The notes under the pieces are model-generated. The model did no database searches, had not been told where the DNA came from, and saw only the letters and a list, made by a program, of their open reading frames with translations. Positions 61,430-64,000 of a stretch of 64,000 nucleotides of DNA are shown here, one piece after another. Source of the stretch: Macrostomum lignano. Its lineage: Eukaryota. How positions within the stretch are numbered: position 1 is the first letter of the stretch; the number at the start of each line of letters is the position of its first letter. Both the position numbers and the translations under genes were made by a program. The stretch spans positions 11,334 to 75,333 of the forward strand of contig NIVC01003056.1 in assembly GCA_002269645.1 (NCBI GenBank), in the 5' to 3' direction.

Positions 61430-62080
61430 ATAGATTAGAAAGAAAGAGAAAGAGATGAGAGGGTGAGAAGAGGGTGAAGAGGCTGAGAGGAGAGGGTGAG
61501 AGGACAGTGGAGAGGGTAATAGGAGAGTGGAGAGGGTGAGAGGAGAGTAGAGAGGAGAGTGGAGAGGGTGAGAGGAGAGTGGAGAGTGGAGAGGAGAGTG
61601 GAGAGGAGAGTGGAGAGGGTGAGAGGAGAGTGGAGAGTGGAGAGGAGAGTGGAGAGGAGAGTATAGAGGGTGAGAGGAGAGTGGAGAATGGAGAGGAGAG
61701 TGGAGAGGGTGAGAGGAGAGTGGAGAGGGTGAGAGGAGAGTATAGAGGGTGAGAGGAGAGTATAGAGGGTGAGAGGAGAGTAGAGAGGAGAGTATAGAGG
61801 GTGAGAGGAGAGTGGAGAGGGTGAGAGGAGAGTATAGAGGGTGAGAGGAGAGTATAGAGGGTGAGAGGAGAGTGGAGAGGGTGAGAGGAGAGTAGAGAGG
61901 AGAGTATAGAGGGTGAGAGGAGAGTGGAGAATGGAGAGGAGAGTATAGAGGGTGAGAGGAGAGTGGAGAGGGTGAGAGGAGAGTAGAGAGGAGAGTATAG
62001 ACGGTGAGAGGAGAGTGGAGACAGTGAGAAGATAGTGGGGCAGGGTGAGTGGTGAAGGGAGAAGATGAGAGGATGATAAC
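61430..62080. repeat. Purine-rich ~20-bp repeat GAGGGTGAGAGGAGAGT(ATA/GGA)
   Basis: Tandem units with a near-pure purine plus strand. Confidence 0.93.
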
Positions 62081-62725
62081 ATAGAGATGAGATGAAAGGC
62101 GCGAGATGAGAGTATGATTAAATATTCAGAGCAAATTCTGTCTAAAATGTTCTAATGGAGGCTTGCTTTAAGCATCTATCAGTCTATCATCTAATTGCCG
62201 CAAACTCAAGTCACAAAGGATGAATATCAGAAAGGCACTGAGAAATTCATGATTCAAAGCCAATTCAGCATAGAGAACTCTTTGTCATTTGTTTCTACCA
62301 TATAGTCTATATCTATACTTGGCTACCTAAATATGCACATGCTGAGAAGAGAGCCCCCAGGCAGTGGATTGAGGAGGGCGAATTGCTGACGATGCCTGAC
62401 TGAAATGGCATTCGAAATGATACAGCACAAGAAGCAAAAATTGTTCCGAAGCAGATCTGCTTCTTTTGGCTATTTGACTAAGCAATCCCGAACGGCGTGG
62501 CACAGCAAACAAATGAATGAAGCGGCTGATAATTGCTGCCGGAATAGCGTGACCCGGATTCGAGCCCGGAACTCTCTTGCAGGCAGCAGCTACGGCCACC
62601 TGCTGCCTTCGACTGTGAATTGATCTGCTTCTTTTCTGCTTGCATCCGCTTTGTTCTCAAGCAAAACAGAAGCAGCGCTTCCTGATTCTCTGTGGTGTCT
62701 GCTTTGGTCACGGATGCCAGTCAGA

Positions 62726-63006
<281 letters not shown>

Positions 63007-64000
63007 GAAATACAAAGAAAGGAAGATGCCTCAGGCTCAGGTGCAACATGGTCGGTAACAAGTTTTACATTACTGTCGGAATTTCTTAAAAGCAGAAGAT
63101 TTCAATTAGCTGTATAGCCGGTGTCCAATGTCAGTGTATTCACATCCATTTAACATATATACAAATTCATTTTTATACCCTAAGGGGCCCCCCGCCTGCG
63201 CGGTCAATTCAGCTTCGCGCATGGCAACTGCACAGGTAGCCCTGGGCCTGCTCCCGTGCTGCACAGTATAAATAAGCTGCTTCCACAGCACTGCAGCGCA
63301 AATATTTCTGCAGCCAAACGGGGGAAAACTTCTCAGCGTTGGGCGGAGGACAAGACGGGCGCGGGTGGACAGGGGCTGGGACAAGGGCAGGTTGCGACGG
63401 AGGCAAATGTAATTTAGACGATATAATATTAATATAATTGCTTACAGCCTTAGACTTTCACTTCCATCATGACTTGCCCGAGGCTATAAGCTAAGCCCGC
63501 CGCTGGGAAAATTAAGGGCTGGGGAATGAGGAATAATCCGCTGCAGCAGAGGAGAAAATTCAATTCCCATGATGGAGCTCAGTATAGAGTCTGCGCTTAC
63601 ACACTGTATACAGGAGACTTTGGGGAAGAAAAAAAGCGAAGTTCAATAGGGAGTTAGTTGCCTTATAACATTTTCCATTCGACCAAGGACTTCTAGATAA
63701 GAAACATCTGGACTAGAAAGCATTCTTGAAGATTTACAGTTAGGCTACGAATATTTTTCGTGGTTTGCTCCAAACCAAACGCCTAATATCATAATTATCG
63801 TTACTACTATGGTCATGGAAGTCCTTGAATACTAAGCATGTTTTCATTTCAAACAGCAATAGTTATTATTTATTACAAATATTTCTAATTTTAAATTCTG
63901 TCATTTCTAGGGCTAGACTGTAGAAGATTTGAATACTTGATTATAACTGAAGCTGACAACAGCATCTATTCCTGCTTCTGAGTCTTGAGCTTATAAGTTT

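Overview
This is repeat-dominated animal (probably invertebrate) genomic DNA. It has spliceosomal introns, TTAGGG-type repeats and no prokaryotic gene organisation. One host gene is well supported: a two-exon RS/RG-rich protein with BCLAF1/THRAP3- and Btz-like C-terminal motifs (11430-12834). Also present are a frameshifted FLYWCH-MULE transposase relic (683-1723), several non-autonomous DNA transposons (EnSpm/CACTA-like, TA-flanked MITE, MULE-like foldbacks) and about 20 mini/microsatellite arrays, which explain nearly all long ORFs in the supplied track. The main feature is a ~27.6 kb block (24134-51718) made almost entirely of 14 non-autonomous Helitron-like rolling-circle units. Three lie head-to-tail on the minus strand and 11 on the plus strand, diverging from a ~130 bp spacer. 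The units belong to several related subfamilies. Near-identical copies recur with different neighbours, and identity stops at the element termini. This suggests the array grew by repeated insertion at the 3' terminus of resident elements (inference). The units carry exchangeable cargo: minisatellites, telomere-like repeats, polypurine tracts and a tRNA-derived Pol III cassette. No RepHel-coding element was found. Coordinates were read by eye and may be off by a few bases, and no database searches were run.
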